A program made the position numbers and the translations under genes. Below the pieces are notes generated by a model that was not told where the DNA came from, did not search any database, and saw only the letters and a list, made by a program, of their open reading frames with translations. This document shows positions 1 through 9,697 of a stretch of 64,000 nucleotides of DNA, piece by piece (position 1 is the stretch's first letter; each line of letters begins with the position of its first letter). The DNA is taken from the NCBI GenBank assembly GCA_021796535.1, contig JAKABW010000001.1:128659-192658 (forward strand), given 5' to 3'. Source of the DNA: Actinomycetes bacterium. Its GTDB lineage: Bacteria; Actinomycetota; Acidimicrobiia; Acidimicrobiales; Bog-793.

Positions 1-809
1 CTTCCGGCCTGGCTGTGCTGGTTTTCGGGATTGAGCGTGCCCCGAGTAACGGCTGGGGCAGTATCGCAACCATAGCAGCGCTCCTGATCGCCCTGGTGCT
101 GCTCGTTCTCTTCTTTGTCAGGGAATACCGTATCGACTATGCGATCATACCGATAAAATTTTTGTATCACAAGAGCAGGCTTGCGGGCTTTGCGATTATG
201 GTCTTTATCAGTGCGGCGATGCTGTCGCTGTTGTACTTTTTGACACAATTTCTCCAGGATGTCCTCCACTATAGCCCCATTGTCGCGGGCGTGGCATATC
301 TGCCCATACCGATAGTTATCGGTTCCGTCGGATTCGCTGTTTCTAAAGTCGTGGGGAAAACGGGGATCAAAGTATTTCTGAAAATCGGCCCCGGGCTCTT
401 GGCGGCAGGTCTTTTGCTGGTATCCACAGTTAATGCCACGAGCCACTACTACCAAATATTTGCCGCGTTGGTGATTGTCGGAGTGGGAATGGGCTTTTCC
501 TTTGTCCCCCTGACACTGAATGCCGTCAAAGGGGTGGTCCCCAAAGAGTCCGGGCTGGCTTCCGGTCTTCTCAACACCAGTCAACAGTTGGGAGGCTCGC
601 TCGGATTGGCGGTGCTGGTAACAGTGTCCGCCGTCGCTCTCAAATCGCACACCCTGGGTCAGGTCTCGGCTCCCCGCCGTCTGAGTGCGACACTTAAAAT
701 TCAAGAGCTTCTGGCGGGAAAAAGTACCGAAGTCCATGCTTTCCAAAGCACCATGCATGCCGGGGCCCTGATGGCATTTTTCGGATTTTTGGCCGCTCTG
801 TTTTTGTAA
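1..809 (+). CDS. MFS (DHA2/EmrB-like) transporter, C-terminal part; the 5' end lies outside the window
   Basis: The ORF is open from the window edge. The translation is a series of hydrophobic helices (FISAAMLSLLYFLTQFLQ, VIVGVGMGFSFVPLTLNAV, SGLLNTSQQLGGSLGLAV) typical of the distal half of 14-TMS MFS efflux proteins. Confidence 0.7.
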   Translation, partial: SGLAVLVFGIERAPSNGWGSIATIAALLIALVLLVLFFVREYRIDYAIIPIKFLYHKSRLAGFAIMVFISAAMLSLLYFLTQFLQDVLHYSPIVAGVAYLPIPIVIGSVGFAVSKVVGKTGIKVFLKIGPGLLAAGLLLVSTVNATSHYYQIFAALVIVGVGMGFSFVPLTLNAVKGVVPKESGLASGLLNTSQQLGGSLGLAVLVTVSAVALKSHTLGQVSAPRRLSATLKIQELLAGKSTEVHAFQSTMHAGALMAFFGFLAALFL

Positions 810-1032
810 AGGTTTATCTCAGGGAGACAAACCCAGACCGACAAAGTTCAATCAGCGCGGTTTCCGAGACTGTTATTGCGTCCAGTGTGTTACCTGAATG
901 ACGCCCGGATCCAGGGTGCATGCAGATCTTGGCTATAAGGATAATTGCACATTAATTATTGAACTACAATCATTAAACCAAGTGTATCGGTGTTTTTGCG
1001 GAAGGCAGTCAGAAGACAAGCAATCGTATTCA

Positions 1033-2475
1033 TCAATATGCTTTTGCAAATATAATCCGCTTGCCGTAGGGCGAGACTTTGCCGCATATAACGCATGCGC
1101 CGTTTGTAGGTTTTGCGTCAAAGGGTATGCACCGCGGGGTTGCCGAAGAGGTTTCTTTGACCAGATCCTCACACTCTTTTGTGCCGCAGTGCTCGGCCAC
1201 GACAAACCCGCTTTGGATCTGTTCAAAAAACTCTTCTTTGGATGAGGCGTATCGGGTATTTGCCAAGCGGAACTCCTTGGCTCTTTCGAAGAGATCCCGT
1301 TCAAATTGACGAAGTTCTGTCTGTACCGTTTCGCTTAATTTGTCTATGGCGACAAGCTGTTTTTCTGAGGTCAGACGGTTGTGCAATGTGACGACGCCTT
1401 TTGATATGTCGCGTTCTCCGAACTCGCATCTCAGCGGAACTCCTTTTTGCTCCCATGCGTTAAACTTAAATCCCGGAGACAGGTAAGCTCTGTCGTCAAT
1501 GTGTGTTCTGATGCCCATCCGCTCCATGTCAACGGCAAATTGGTCAGCCAGTTTTTTAATTTCAGAAGTCTCCGGACCTTTGGCTATGGGTACGATGACC
1601 GTCTGGTAAGGGGCCAATTTCGGAGGAAGTATCAGACCCTTGTCGTCACCGTGGGCCATGATAACGGCCCCTATCAATCTGGTGCTCATTCCCCAAGAGG
1701 TCGTATGGCAGTATTGTAGGTCGCCCTCTCCGGACTGGTAGGTAATGTTGAAGGCTTGGGCAAAGTTGGTGCCGAGGTAATGTGAAGTGGCGGCCTGCAA
1801 AGCTTTTCCGTCGCGCATCATGGCTTCAAGGCTGTACGTGTTGAGAGCTCCGGCAAAACGCTCCCCGGGCGTCTTTTCCCCCAGTACCGGCGACAGGAGA
1901 GCCACGTCATCGGCTATTTCGCGGTAGAAGTTAAGAGCCGTCGCCACTTCTTCTTTGGCGTCTTCTTCTGTGGCGTGGGCCGTGTGACCTTCCTGCCAGA
2001 GGAATTCCGTCGTTCTGAGAAAAAGTCTCGGCCGCATTTCCCATCTGACAACGTTGGCCCATTGGTTGAGTTTTAAAGGCAGATCTCGGTGGGATTCTAT
2101 CCAATTAGCCATCATTTCGCCTATTACGGTTTCCGATGTGGGTCTTACGACAAGCGGCTCTTCCAGTTGTTTGCCGCCGGCGTGCGTCACTACGGCGAGT
2201 TCCGGCGAAAAACCTTCCACGTGTTCTGCCTCTCTTTTCAAGTACTCTTCCGGTATGAAGAGAGGAAAATAGGCGTTTTCATGTCCGGTGGCTTTGATTC
2301 TGGAATCCAGCTCGTGCTGGAGAAGTTCCCAAATGCGGTAGCCGTAAGGTCTGATGACCATGGTGCCGCGTACCGGTCCGCGGTCGGCAAGTTCTGCCTT
2401 TTGCACAATTTCGTTGTACCAAGCGGAAAAGTCTTGACTTTGCGGTGTTATGGACAGTTCGTCAGCGCGAGCCAT
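1033..2475 (-). CDS. proS: Proline--tRNA ligase, archaeal/eukaryote-like type
   Basis: Class II aaRS core (FLRTTEFLWQEGHTAH, TSWGMSTRLIGAVIMAHGDDKGL) and a Cys-containing C-terminal domain ending RIIFAKAY (terminal Tyr). Start set at ATG 2475 (GGAGGG 5 nt upstream) rather than the ORF-track ATG at 2517. Confidence 0.9.
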   Translation of the reverse strand: MARADELSITPQSQDFSAWYNEIVQKAELADRGPVRGTMVIRPYGYRIWELLQHELDSRIKATGHENAYFPLFIPEEYLKREAEHVEGFSPELAVVTHAGGKQLEEPLVVRPTSETVIGEMMANWIESHRDLPLKLNQWANVVRWEMRPRLFLRTTEFLWQEGHTAHATEEDAKEEVATALNFYREIADDVALLSPVLGEKTPGERFAGALNTYSLEAMMRDGKALQAATSHYLGTNFAQAFNITYQSGEGDLQYCHTTSWGMSTRLIGAVIMAHGDDKGLILPPKLAPYQTVIVPIAKGPETSEIKKLADQFAVDMERMGIRTHIDDRAYLSPGFKFNAWEQKGVPLRCEFGERDISKGVVTLHNRLTSEKQLVAIDKLSETVQTELRQFERDLFERAKEFRLANTRYASSKEEFFEQIQSGFVVAEHCGTKECEDLVKETSSATPRCIPFDAKPTNGACVICGKVSPYGKRIIFAKAY

Positions 2476-2609
2476 GTATGCCCTCCATTCCTGACCTCCT
2501 GCCTGATAGGTATGCAATTATCTGTCGACGCAACATCGTCTGGATAGATGATTATAGTAGAGAGAAATTGCACCGGGGCGCTTTATGGGGATCTATTCGC
2601 ACAGGAAGG

Positions 2610-2646
2610 ATATGGCAGGTGTCGTCATTGACGACACCTGCCATAT
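2610..2646 (-). terminator. Perfect 17-bp stem hairpin just downstream of the beta-propeller gene
   Basis: ATATGGCAGGTGTCGTC-att-GACGACACCTGCCATAT lies 7 nt after the stop codon at 2654. No clear U-tract follows, so intrinsic-terminator function is only presumed. Confidence 0.5.
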
Positions 2647-2653
2647 ATCAAAG

Positions 2654-4369
2654 TCAGTTCTTTACCGGTTCTTTTTTCTTCAGAGCGGGTCTCAGCCCCG
2701 GAGGGGTATGTCTGCCCGGCAACGTGGAGTAAGCCACTCCGGTGTGGGCGGGGTCAGCATGGAACATGGCCCATCCGGGAGTTTCTCCCTGCGGCAGATT
2801 GCGGATGTGGTAAGCGATGAGCTGTCCGGTTTTGTGGAAAGCCTCCGGTCCCCCGCAAGCTTCAAATACTTCCCAGTCGGGAGTTTTCAGGGTCTTGCCC
2901 ACGTTGGCTACGGCTACGGAGTTGTATACCCTGCACCCGTAATCGATGACGGCCGGTGAAGAGGCGTTGTTCGTGCCGAATAGGAAAGCTCCGTTTTCTC
3001 CGGCGATCGGGTACAATCCGTTCGGCGATCCGACCAATACGTCATTCCACTTGTTTCCGTTGAGCGGAACCAAGACGGGAGAGGAGAGAGCCGTGGGGCC
3101 TATCAGCGATTTGGCCCATTCTTGCTTGCCGGAGGCGCTGAAGGCATACACCATGGAAGAGTTGTTGTAAAAACAACTGCTTTCCCGTGCTCCGTTACAC
3201 GCCCAAGAAGTTGTCACCACGGAAGGCTGTCCCGTTGAATTGATTACTCCGATGGCCGGCGAGCCCGCAGCCGGCCCGGCGGTTTTGGCTTGCCAAAGTT
3301 CGCGGCCGCTTATGGCATTGAAAGCAAAGACGTAGTCCGTGTTGGCCGGGAAAGGCTGTTCGTACCAGCTTGTCCCCACGACAAGTGTCGGGACGTGATT
3401 CAATATACCGATGGCAGGGCTGGACCAAATCGACTGCGACATGCAGTCAAACCAGACCCTGCTGAGCCCCGGTCCTATCGCTTCCGTGTCCGGGTTCTGA
3501 GCGGCGTTTGACCATCTGTACTCCGCCACAAAACCGCCGAAGCATTTTTTCGTGCCGCCGGCGTAGGTTCTGCCGGATGCATCGCTTCCGAGGAAAACGG
3601 AGTCCTGCGTTTGACCGGGGAGTCTGTAGACTACCGGTGAAGACCAAATGGTGTCGGCGTTGTCGTAGGCAAAGCCGAGTTCTTTGCCGCGGGAGTTGAG
3701 CACATAGATTTTGTGATCCCACGATCCAAAGACTATCTGCTTTTGATTATTGCCGAGAATATTGCCGACAGCGGCACTGGAAATGGCGCCTATGGCGGTT
3801 CCTGTTACTCCCGGCAAAGAAAATACCCAACGCTTTTTGCCGGTAATGGTAAACGCTTCGACTTCTCCCACCGTATCTTTTACCCAGGGTGATCCGGATG
3901 AAACTATAACCGTCGGAGGTCTTTTCTTCCCGTTTAGCCAGGCGATGGTGGGACTTGACTCAATGGCCACGCTTTGACCGGGACCGGCGGCCAGCTTTTG
4001 CGGCCACCCCGGCATTTCTTGCCCCGTTGCCCCGTTGACAAGGTATACGTAACCGTTTTCGGCGCCGACTGCCACGACAGTTTTTCCTTTGTAAAAAGCC
4101 ACGGAGGGAGAACTTTGGGCAACGTAACCGACAGAGCCTCCCGTCACGAGGGAGTCCTGCCACAAGGGTGTCGGCCAGGTGACGTTGGCCTGTGCGCTCT
4201 TTTCGCTTTTTACGGAGAGCTTCTCGACTCTTCTGTGCCCCACGGGGGCCGCCAAAGCTTGGGGGGCCGCCAAAGCGTTTACGCCAAAAACGCCTGTAAG
4301 TGCCACCATGAGAGCTGCCGGCAGGCCTTTTTGTTTCAATTTATTCAGTACAGAAAGGATTGTGTGCAT
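2654..4369 (-). CDS. Secreted PQQ/BamB-like beta-propeller repeat protein
   Basis: Start set at ATG 4369, which gives a signal peptide (MHTILSVLNKLKQKGLPAALMVALTGVFGVNALAAPQALA). The body consists of repeated strand units (GYVYLVNGATGQEMPGWPQ, HKIYVLNSRGKELG, VFAFNAISGRELWQ, MVYAFSASGKQEWA). Confidence 0.65.
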   Translation of the reverse strand: MHTILSVLNKLKQKGLPAALMVALTGVFGVNALAAPQALAAPVGHRRVEKLSVKSEKSAQANVTWPTPLWQDSLVTGGSVGYVAQSSPSVAFYKGKTVVAVGAENGYVYLVNGATGQEMPGWPQKLAAGPGQSVAIESSPTIAWLNGKKRPPTVIVSSGSPWVKDTVGEVEAFTITGKKRWVFSLPGVTGTAIGAISSAAVGNILGNNQKQIVFGSWDHKIYVLNSRGKELGFAYDNADTIWSSPVVYRLPGQTQDSVFLGSDASGRTYAGGTKKCFGGFVAEYRWSNAAQNPDTEAIGPGLSRVWFDCMSQSIWSSPAIGILNHVPTLVVGTSWYEQPFPANTDYVFAFNAISGRELWQAKTAGPAAGSPAIGVINSTGQPSVVTTSWACNGARESSCFYNNSSMVYAFSASGKQEWAKSLIGPTALSSPVLVPLNGNKWNDVLVGSPNGLYPIAGENGAFLFGTNNASSPAVIDYGCRVYNSVAVANVGKTLKTPDWEVFEACGGPEAFHKTGQLIAYHIRNLPQGETPGWAMFHADPAHTGVAYSTLPGRHTPPGLRPALKKKEPVKN

Positions 4370-4462
4370 TTTGATTCTTTCTTTTGATGTTATAACTAAA
4401 GTAACGGCCGATAAATAGCGATGTTTGCTGGAGGTGTAAAGCGTCAATACTGGCATAGGAGG

Positions 4463-4640
4463 TTTTTTGACGGTTTTGCCGTATTGTCCTATCGTGCATT
4501 CGGGTTAAAAATTAGCACAGCAGATCTTTTTTGACAGTTGTACCGTGTTGCCCTATCGTGCACATAGGTTAAAAATTTAGCACAGGAAACTTTCTTTGGC
4601 AGCTTTGCCGCATAAATTCCCGACCGTCATTTTGTGCCTC
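4463..4640. repeat. 64-bp tandem repeat: two well-conserved copies and one degenerate copy
   Basis: Copies start at 4463, 4527 and 4591. Copies 1 and 2 share ttttttgacNgtt..ccgt.ttg.cctatcgtgca...ggttaaaaatt(t)agcacag. The repeat lies between the asd stop and the propeller gene start. Confidence 0.85.
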
Positions 4641-4661
4641 TCGACGCAAGGCAGCGAGCGT

Positions 4662-5684
4662 CTAAGCCCGGCGGGACAATTCTTCCGCAATCTGTACGGT
4701 ATTTAGGGCAGCGCCTTTTCGCAGATTGTCTCCCGACAAAAACATGGCAAGTCCGTGCTCTGCCGTTTTATCCCGTCTGATCCGGCCCACGAAAGTCGGA
4801 TTTTTGCCGGCTGCCGTAAGGGGCGTGGGTATCTCCGTCAGAACAACGGATTTTGCCTCGGCAAGCAATTCCTTGGCCTTTTCCGGTTCCAAGTCGTTTT
4901 CCAATTCCAGATGCAGGGATAGGGAATGGCCCGTGAACACGGGAACCCTGGCACAGGTACAGTCAACCGCCAACCCCGGCAACCCCAGTATTTTGCGGCT
5001 TTCATTGCGCCATTTTTGTTCCTCGTCCGTCTCGCCGCTTCCGTCGGAAGCCAGGGCGCCGGCAAAAGGCACCACGTTGAAAGCTATGGGGGCCATGAAA
5101 GTCCGCGGCTCCATGCCGTCCGCGGCTCGTCCGGAAAAAGCCAGCTGAGAAGCACTGTTTCCGAAGGCCGCCGTCTGTTCGCTGAGTTCTTTTACTCCCG
5201 CCACTCCGGCTCCGGAGACGGCTTGAAAACTGGTCACGATCACTCTTTTTATGCCGGCGGCATCCCTGATGGGGGCCAGTACCGGCATGGCGATCATGGT
5301 CGTGCAGTTGGGGTTTGCCACTATGTTCTTTTTGATATTTTTGAGATCGTCTGGGTTTACTTCCGGAACGACAAGGGGAACCTCGTCATCCATCCGCCAA
5401 GCCGAAGAGTTGTCTATTACGACCGCCCCCGCACTTCCCACAAGCGGGGCCAGTTCCAAAGAGGCGGTTTTCCCGCATGAAAACAGGGCAATGTCGATGC
5501 CCTTGTAATTGCCGGAGTAAGAGTCCTCCACTATAATTTCTTCGCCTTTGAACGACAATTTTTTTCCGGCCGATTTCGGCGACGCGAACAGCCTGAGTTC
5601 GTCTATTTCGAGGTTTGATTCCTCCAAAATGTTGATCATCACGGAGCCGACCTGCCCGGTGGCTCCAAATATAGCCATTTTCAT
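4662..5684 (-). CDS. asd: Aspartate-semialdehyde dehydrogenase
   Basis: MKMAIFGATGQVG NAD(P) loop, NPNCTTM active-site Cys region and SGAG motif. Start set at ATG 5684. Confidence 0.9.
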   Translation of the reverse strand: MKMAIFGATGQVGSVMINILEESNLEIDELRLFASPKSAGKKLSFKGEEIIVEDSYSGNYKGIDIALFSCGKTASLELAPLVGSAGAVVIDNSSAWRMDDEVPLVVPEVNPDDLKNIKKNIVANPNCTTMIAMPVLAPIRDAAGIKRVIVTSFQAVSGAGVAGVKELSEQTAAFGNSASQLAFSGRAADGMEPRTFMAPIAFNVVPFAGALASDGSGETDEEQKWRNESRKILGLPGLAVDCTCARVPVFTGHSLSLHLELENDLEPEKAKELLAEAKSVVLTEIPTPLTAAGKNPTFVGRIRRDKTAEHGLAMFLSGDNLRKGAALNTVQIAEELSRRA

Positions 5685-5807
5685 AATATAAATATCATAC
5701 CTGTTTGAGGGTCGGCCAAATAACACAATTGCGATAAAGGCATATGGCAGACAAAGGACTCTTTATCCAAAAGAGAGCATGGGGTTGTTTTTTAGAAAGG
5801 ACAACGT

Positions 5808-7019
5808 TTATTGTTCAAGGCTGAAAGCCTGATGCAAAGCTTTAACGGCCATCTCCGTGTTGTCTTTTCTGATCATGCAGGATATCCTGATGGGAGAAGT
5901 CGAGATCATCTCTATGTTGACTCCGAGCTTGGCAAGTTCTTCAAACATTGTCGCCGTGACTCCGGGATTTGTTTTCATCCCGGCACCTATAAGGGATACC
6001 TGAGCCACGTTTTCGTCTATGGAAACATTTTCCGCCCCGATCATGGGTGCGATTTGTCCGGCTATTTCGACTGCCATTCCCACGTCCGTTTTCGGCACGG
6101 TAAAGGAGATGTCGGTGGTGCCGTCCTGAGAAGTGTTCTGGACGATCATATCCACATTAATTGCCCTGTCCGCCAAACCCCTGAAGAGCGAAGCCGCTAT
6201 ACCGGGTTGGTCCGGCACCCCTGTTATGGTGAGCTTGGCGGAAGAAACGTCGCTCGTAACCGCCGAAACTATGGGTTGTTCCATGTTGTCATTCTCCTCG
6301 TTTACTAAAGTGCCTGGTTCCCAGGTAAAGCTGGATCTGACCTCCAGCACTACGTTGTGATTTCTGGCAAATTCAACCGATCTGAGGGCCAGTACTTTCC
6401 CCCCGGTCGCCGCTATTTCCAACATTTCCTCAAAAGAAACATGCTTCAGTTTTTTTGCTTCCGGCACCACCCTGGGATCGGCGCTGAATACGCCGGGGAC
6501 GTCTGTATAAATTTCGCATCTGTCCGCATTCAAGGCAGCCGCAAGAGCCACGGCCGTGGTGTCCGAGCCGCCCCTGCCCAAAGTGGTAACGTCGTTGCCG
6601 GTTGACACGCCTTGAAATCCGGCCACCACCGGTATGATTCCTTCTTTCAGAGCCGCCTTTAACCTGTCCGGCTTTATTTCCAAGATCTTTGCTTTGGTAT
6701 GGGTGGTATCGGTGATGATACCGGCTTGGCTGCCGGTGAAAGAAGCAGATTTGATGCCGAGGTCGGCCAAAGCCATACACAAGAGGGCCATGGAAATCCT
6801 TTCGCCGGCGGTGAGAAGCATGTCCAGTTCCCTTCCCGGGTGGATGCCGCTTACGTCTTGGGCAAGTCTGATCAGATTGTCGGTAGTTTTACCCATGGCA
6901 CTTACAACCGCAACTACCTGCTCTTTTTGTGAGGATCTGGCGATATGGTCGGCTACTTCTTTAATGCGGTCCGCGTCCGCCACCGAAGTTCCGCCAAATT
7001 TTTGTACAGTTAAGCTCAT
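5808..7019 (-). CDS. lysC: Aspartokinase (LysC type, with ACT repeats)
   Basis: Kinase N-terminus [13 protein letters not shown] and two C-terminal ACT-like repeats. An in-frame internal ATG at 6284-6282 is preceded by GAGGAG, as seen for the overlapping beta-subunit in actinobacterial and Bacillus LysC. Confidence 0.9.
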   Translation of the reverse strand: MSLTVQKFGGTSVADADRIKEVADHIARSSQKEQVVAVVSAMGKTTDNLIRLAQDVSGIHPGRELDMLLTAGERISMALLCMALADLGIKSASFTGSQAGIITDTTHTKAKILEIKPDRLKAALKEGIIPVVAGFQGVSTGNDVTTLGRGGSDTTAVALAAALNADRCEIYTDVPGVFSADPRVVPEAKKLKHVSFEEMLEIAATGGKVLALRSVEFARNHNVVLEVRSSFTWEPGTLVNEENDNMEQPIVSAVTSDVSSAKLTITGVPDQPGIAASLFRGLADRAINVDMIVQNTSQDGTTDISFTVPKTDVGMAVEIAGQIAPMIGAENVSIDENVAQVSLIGAGMKTNPGVTATMFEELAKLGVNIEMISTSPIRISCMIRKDNTEMAVKALHQAFSLEQ

Positions 7020-7061
7020 ATTGATCCAATTTACTTCTTTTAACCGAGTATTTTCTTAGAT

Positions 7062-7979
7062 ATGCCAAGTGAAAAGAGAGAACGACAAAGAGCTTATCGA
7101 CAGCAAAAAGTCGCCAAACAGACAAAGCAAGTCAAAAGAACCAAAAGACTGAAGCAGCTGGCCGGTCTTGTGGTGGTGGTGGGAATAGTGATCGGCATGA
7201 TCGCTCTGTTCTCCTCCGGGAACTCCACCACCGTGACATCCTCAAATGTCACGACCACCACCGCCGCTCCGACGACGACCTCTTCCGCTTCGACCACCAC
7301 CGCCGCTCCGAGTACGACTTCTTCCGCTTCGACCACCGCCGCTCCGAGTACGGTGGCAACGGCTCCGGCTTCTGCGACCCCGATTGCTCCGACTTGCCCT
7401 CCAAGTACTCAAATAGGTGCTTCTCACAGGGTCATCCACTTTACCAAGGCTCCTCCCGTCTGTATTTCGCCGACGGGCGTTTACTATGCCGACGTATACA
7501 CGAATGCCGGGAGCTTCACGATCCAGATGAACGCTGCCAAGTCTTTGGCGGCCGTGAACAACTTTGTTTTCCTGGCAAGATACCGCTACTATGACGGCGT
7601 CATTTTTCAACGCGTTATTCCCGGTTTTGTCGTCCAAGGGGGAGACCCCACCGGCACGGGATCGGGCGGACCCGGCTATGAGTTTACCGGCAATACTCCG
7701 GCAAAGTCGTGTTCAACGCAGGGCAACTGCTATCCGATCGGATCGGTTGCCATGGCCAACACCGGATCTCCGACCACCAACGGAAGTCAATTCTTTATAG
7801 TGGTAGGAAAATCAGGTGAAGCTCTCCCGCCCAACTACACTCTTTTTGGAAAAGTAACTTCCGGCATGAATGTGGTGCAGAAAATAGCTTCCGAAGGGAA
7901 TTCAAATCCCAACGCAAACGGTATGCCTCCCAAGAAGACGTACCAGATGATAAGTGTTACCATCAGCCAGTATAAGTAA
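7062..7979 (+). CDS. Membrane-anchored cyclophilin-type peptidyl-prolyl isomerase
   Basis: Basic N-terminus, one TM helix (LAGLVVVVGIVIGMIALF), a Thr/Ser/Ala-rich linker, then a cyclophilin domain (FQRVIPGFVVQGGDPTGTGSGGPGY, MANTGSPTTNGSQFFIV). Confidence 0.85.
   Translation: MPSEKRERQRAYRQQKVAKQTKQVKRTKRLKQLAGLVVVVGIVIGMIALFSSGNSTTVTSSNVTTTTAAPTTTSSASTTTAAPSTTSSASTTAAPSTVATAPASATPIAPTCPPSTQIGASHRVIHFTKAPPVCISPTGVYYADVYTNAGSFTIQMNAAKSLAAVNNFVFLARYRYYDGVIFQRVIPGFVVQGGDPTGTGSGGPGYEFTGNTPAKSCSTQGNCYPIGSVAMANTGSPTTNGSQFFIVVGKSGEALPPNYTLFGKVTSGMNVVQKIASEGNSNPNANGMPPKKTYQMISVTISQYK
7254..7353 (+). repeat. 39-nt in-frame tandem repeat (2.6 copies) encoding the TTTAAP(T/S)TTSSAS linker
   Basis: Units at 7254-7292 and 7293-7331, with a partial unit at 7332-7353. 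The units are nearly identical at the nucleotide level. Confidence 0.85.
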
Positions 7980-8031
7980 CGGCTCCGGACAGTCAAGCAG
8001 TCAATTATTTTTTAGAGAAAGAGGCTACACC

Positions 8032-8583
8032 ATGGCAGACAGCGAAGAACTCGCAGTATTCCCGAAGCAGCAAAAGTTCGATTCCTACCCGGACATGACT
8101 ATCGATCCGTCCAAAATCTACACGGCACTGATCAAGACAAACAAGGGAGAGCTAAAAGCCGTTTTGGATGCCCTCAACGCCCCGAAAACCGTAAATAATT
8201 TTGTGGTCCTCGCCAGGCACCAGTATTATAACGACGTTATATTCCACCGCATTATTCCCGGTTTTGTCGTGCAGGGGGGAGACCCCACCGGTACGGGAAT
8301 GGGCGGTCCGGGCTACCGCTTTGAAGACGAACTCCCCCGTCCGGGTCGGTATGAAATAGGTTCTTTGGCCATGGCAAACGCCGGCCCCGATACGAACGGC
8401 AGCCAGTTTTTTATAATTTCCGGACCGAGCGGGGCATCTTTGCCCCCCCTGTATTCCCTTTTCGGTAAAGTGATCAGCGGCTTTGACGTTCTGGAAACCA
8501 TAGACGGTCTGGGTTCGCAGTCCGGCAAGCCGAAAGAAAAAATATTTATGGAAAGCGTTGTCGTGACCGAAGGGACCGAGTAG
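8032..8583 (+). CDS. ppiA: Cytoplasmic cyclophilin-type peptidyl-prolyl isomerase
   Basis: FHRIIPGFVVQGGDPTGTGMGGPGY and MANAGPDTNGSQFFI. ATG 8032 is preceded by AGAAAGAGG. Confidence 0.85.
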   Translation: MADSEELAVFPKQQKFDSYPDMTIDPSKIYTALIKTNKGELKAVLDALNAPKTVNNFVVLARHQYYNDVIFHRIIPGFVVQGGDPTGTGMGGPGYRFEDELPRPGRYEIGSLAMANAGPDTNGSQFFIISGPSGASLPPLYSLFGKVISGFDVLETIDGLGSQSGKPKEKIFMESVVVTEGTE

Positions 8584-8646
8584 CAATCATTTTCCTGTGA
8601 TAGCGTCGGACGGGGTTCAAAAAACGGGAGAGGCTTTGGCAAAAGC

Positions 8647-9396
8647 CTAGATAATCAACGATTCCAATTCTTCCACTCCTATTTGCCGCGAGGCAATATG
8701 AATCAGAACCGCATCGCAATATTTGCCTTCAATGTGCCAGGATCCTTCCGGCTCTCTGATGAGAGCGGTTTGCTCCGGCAGGGCGACAACGGCACAGTTT
8801 CTGGGCGCCAGAGCAATTGTCCTTTGGAATTTGGTGTCCACGGTACCGGTGAAATGGGGGTAAACGGCAATATTTGTCACCGTCCCAAGCCCCACGCTGA
8901 ATGCTCCTCCCCGCGGGTCTATCATCGGATCGGTCAGCACCATGGCACCGGCCGAACTGCCGGCCAATATGGCACCGGCCTGCCAAGCGGCCGTCATGGC
9001 CTCAAATGCCGGCGATGACTTTAAAACCGAACGGAGATGCAGGGGAGAACCTCCGGCTATGTAAATAAATTTAGCCGCAGAAATCTGATTTGCGAACGTT
9101 TCCGAAAAGGCATCCGCTCTGTTTAAGAGCATGCATTCTTCGGTCTCGGCGGACATGCTTTCAAACCAAAGCTTTGCGTTTCTAAAAACAAGATCGGGCT
9201 GCTGGTATGCGGCGGCGGTGGGCAGTATCAAAACTTTGACCGCACTTTTGGAAGATTTTTTTTGTGGAGTGTTTTTGGAGTTCAGTTTTAACCTTGTCAC
9301 CAGGTCAAAATCAAATTCACATCCGGTTTGCCATTCTTTGCCGCCTACGAGTACCAAAGGACCTATGAAGGGTGCTTCCTCTATATATTTTTGCAT
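8647..9396 (-). CDS. Peptidase S51 / cyanophycinase-like (class I GATase-like fold) protein
   Basis: Pattern LILPTAAAYQQPD ... FIYIAGGSPLHL ... AGAILAGSSAGAMVL. No cyanophycin synthetase lies nearby. Confidence 0.55.
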   Translation of the reverse strand: MQKYIEEAPFIGPLVLVGGKEWQTGCEFDFDLVTRLKLNSKNTPQKKSSKSAVKVLILPTAAAYQQPDLVFRNAKLWFESMSAETEECMLLNRADAFSETFANQISAAKFIYIAGGSPLHLRSVLKSSPAFEAMTAAWQAGAILAGSSAGAMVLTDPMIDPRGGAFSVGLGTVTNIAVYPHFTGTVDTKFQRTIALAPRNCAVVALPEQTALIREPEGSWHIEGKYCDAVLIHIASRQIGVEELESLII

Positions 9397-9557
9397 AATA
9401 TCACCATTAATATTTTATAAACAGCAACACCTTAAGGTTACCTCATTTATTGAGAGTTCGCAGCTCTCAACGGTAAGTTTACAGTATGGGAAGAGTTGCC
9501 GCAGCTAAGTACTATGATGGCGGAGCAATTAAATATTACTTAATATATATTCAATAA

Positions 9558-9615
9558 AATGATATAGCATTTGCTATATCATTACTATAACTATTTGTGT
9601 GTGCAAATAGTTATA
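9558..9615. other. Two adjacent AT-rich perfect palindromes with 12-bp arms
   Basis: AATGATATAGCA-tt-TGCTATATCATT (9558-9583) and TATAACTATTTG-tgtgtg-CAAATAGTTATA (9586-9615). They lie downstream of the VIT1 gene and upstream of the S51 gene, both on the minus strand. Confidence 0.8.
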
Positions 9616-9697
9616 TGGGGAAAATGAATTTTGATCGCTTCCGGAATTGTAGCCGTCAATTGTTTACAATTTTACTACAAATTTATTCCGCTTTAGA

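Noticed and set aside
907-929. Three 6-bp palindromic restriction sites packed together (GGATCC, GCATGC, AGATCT), reminiscent of a cloning polylinker.
   Set aside because: There is no flanking vector-like sequence or other sign of an artificial construct. A chance cluster in a convergent intergenic region is adequate as an explanation.
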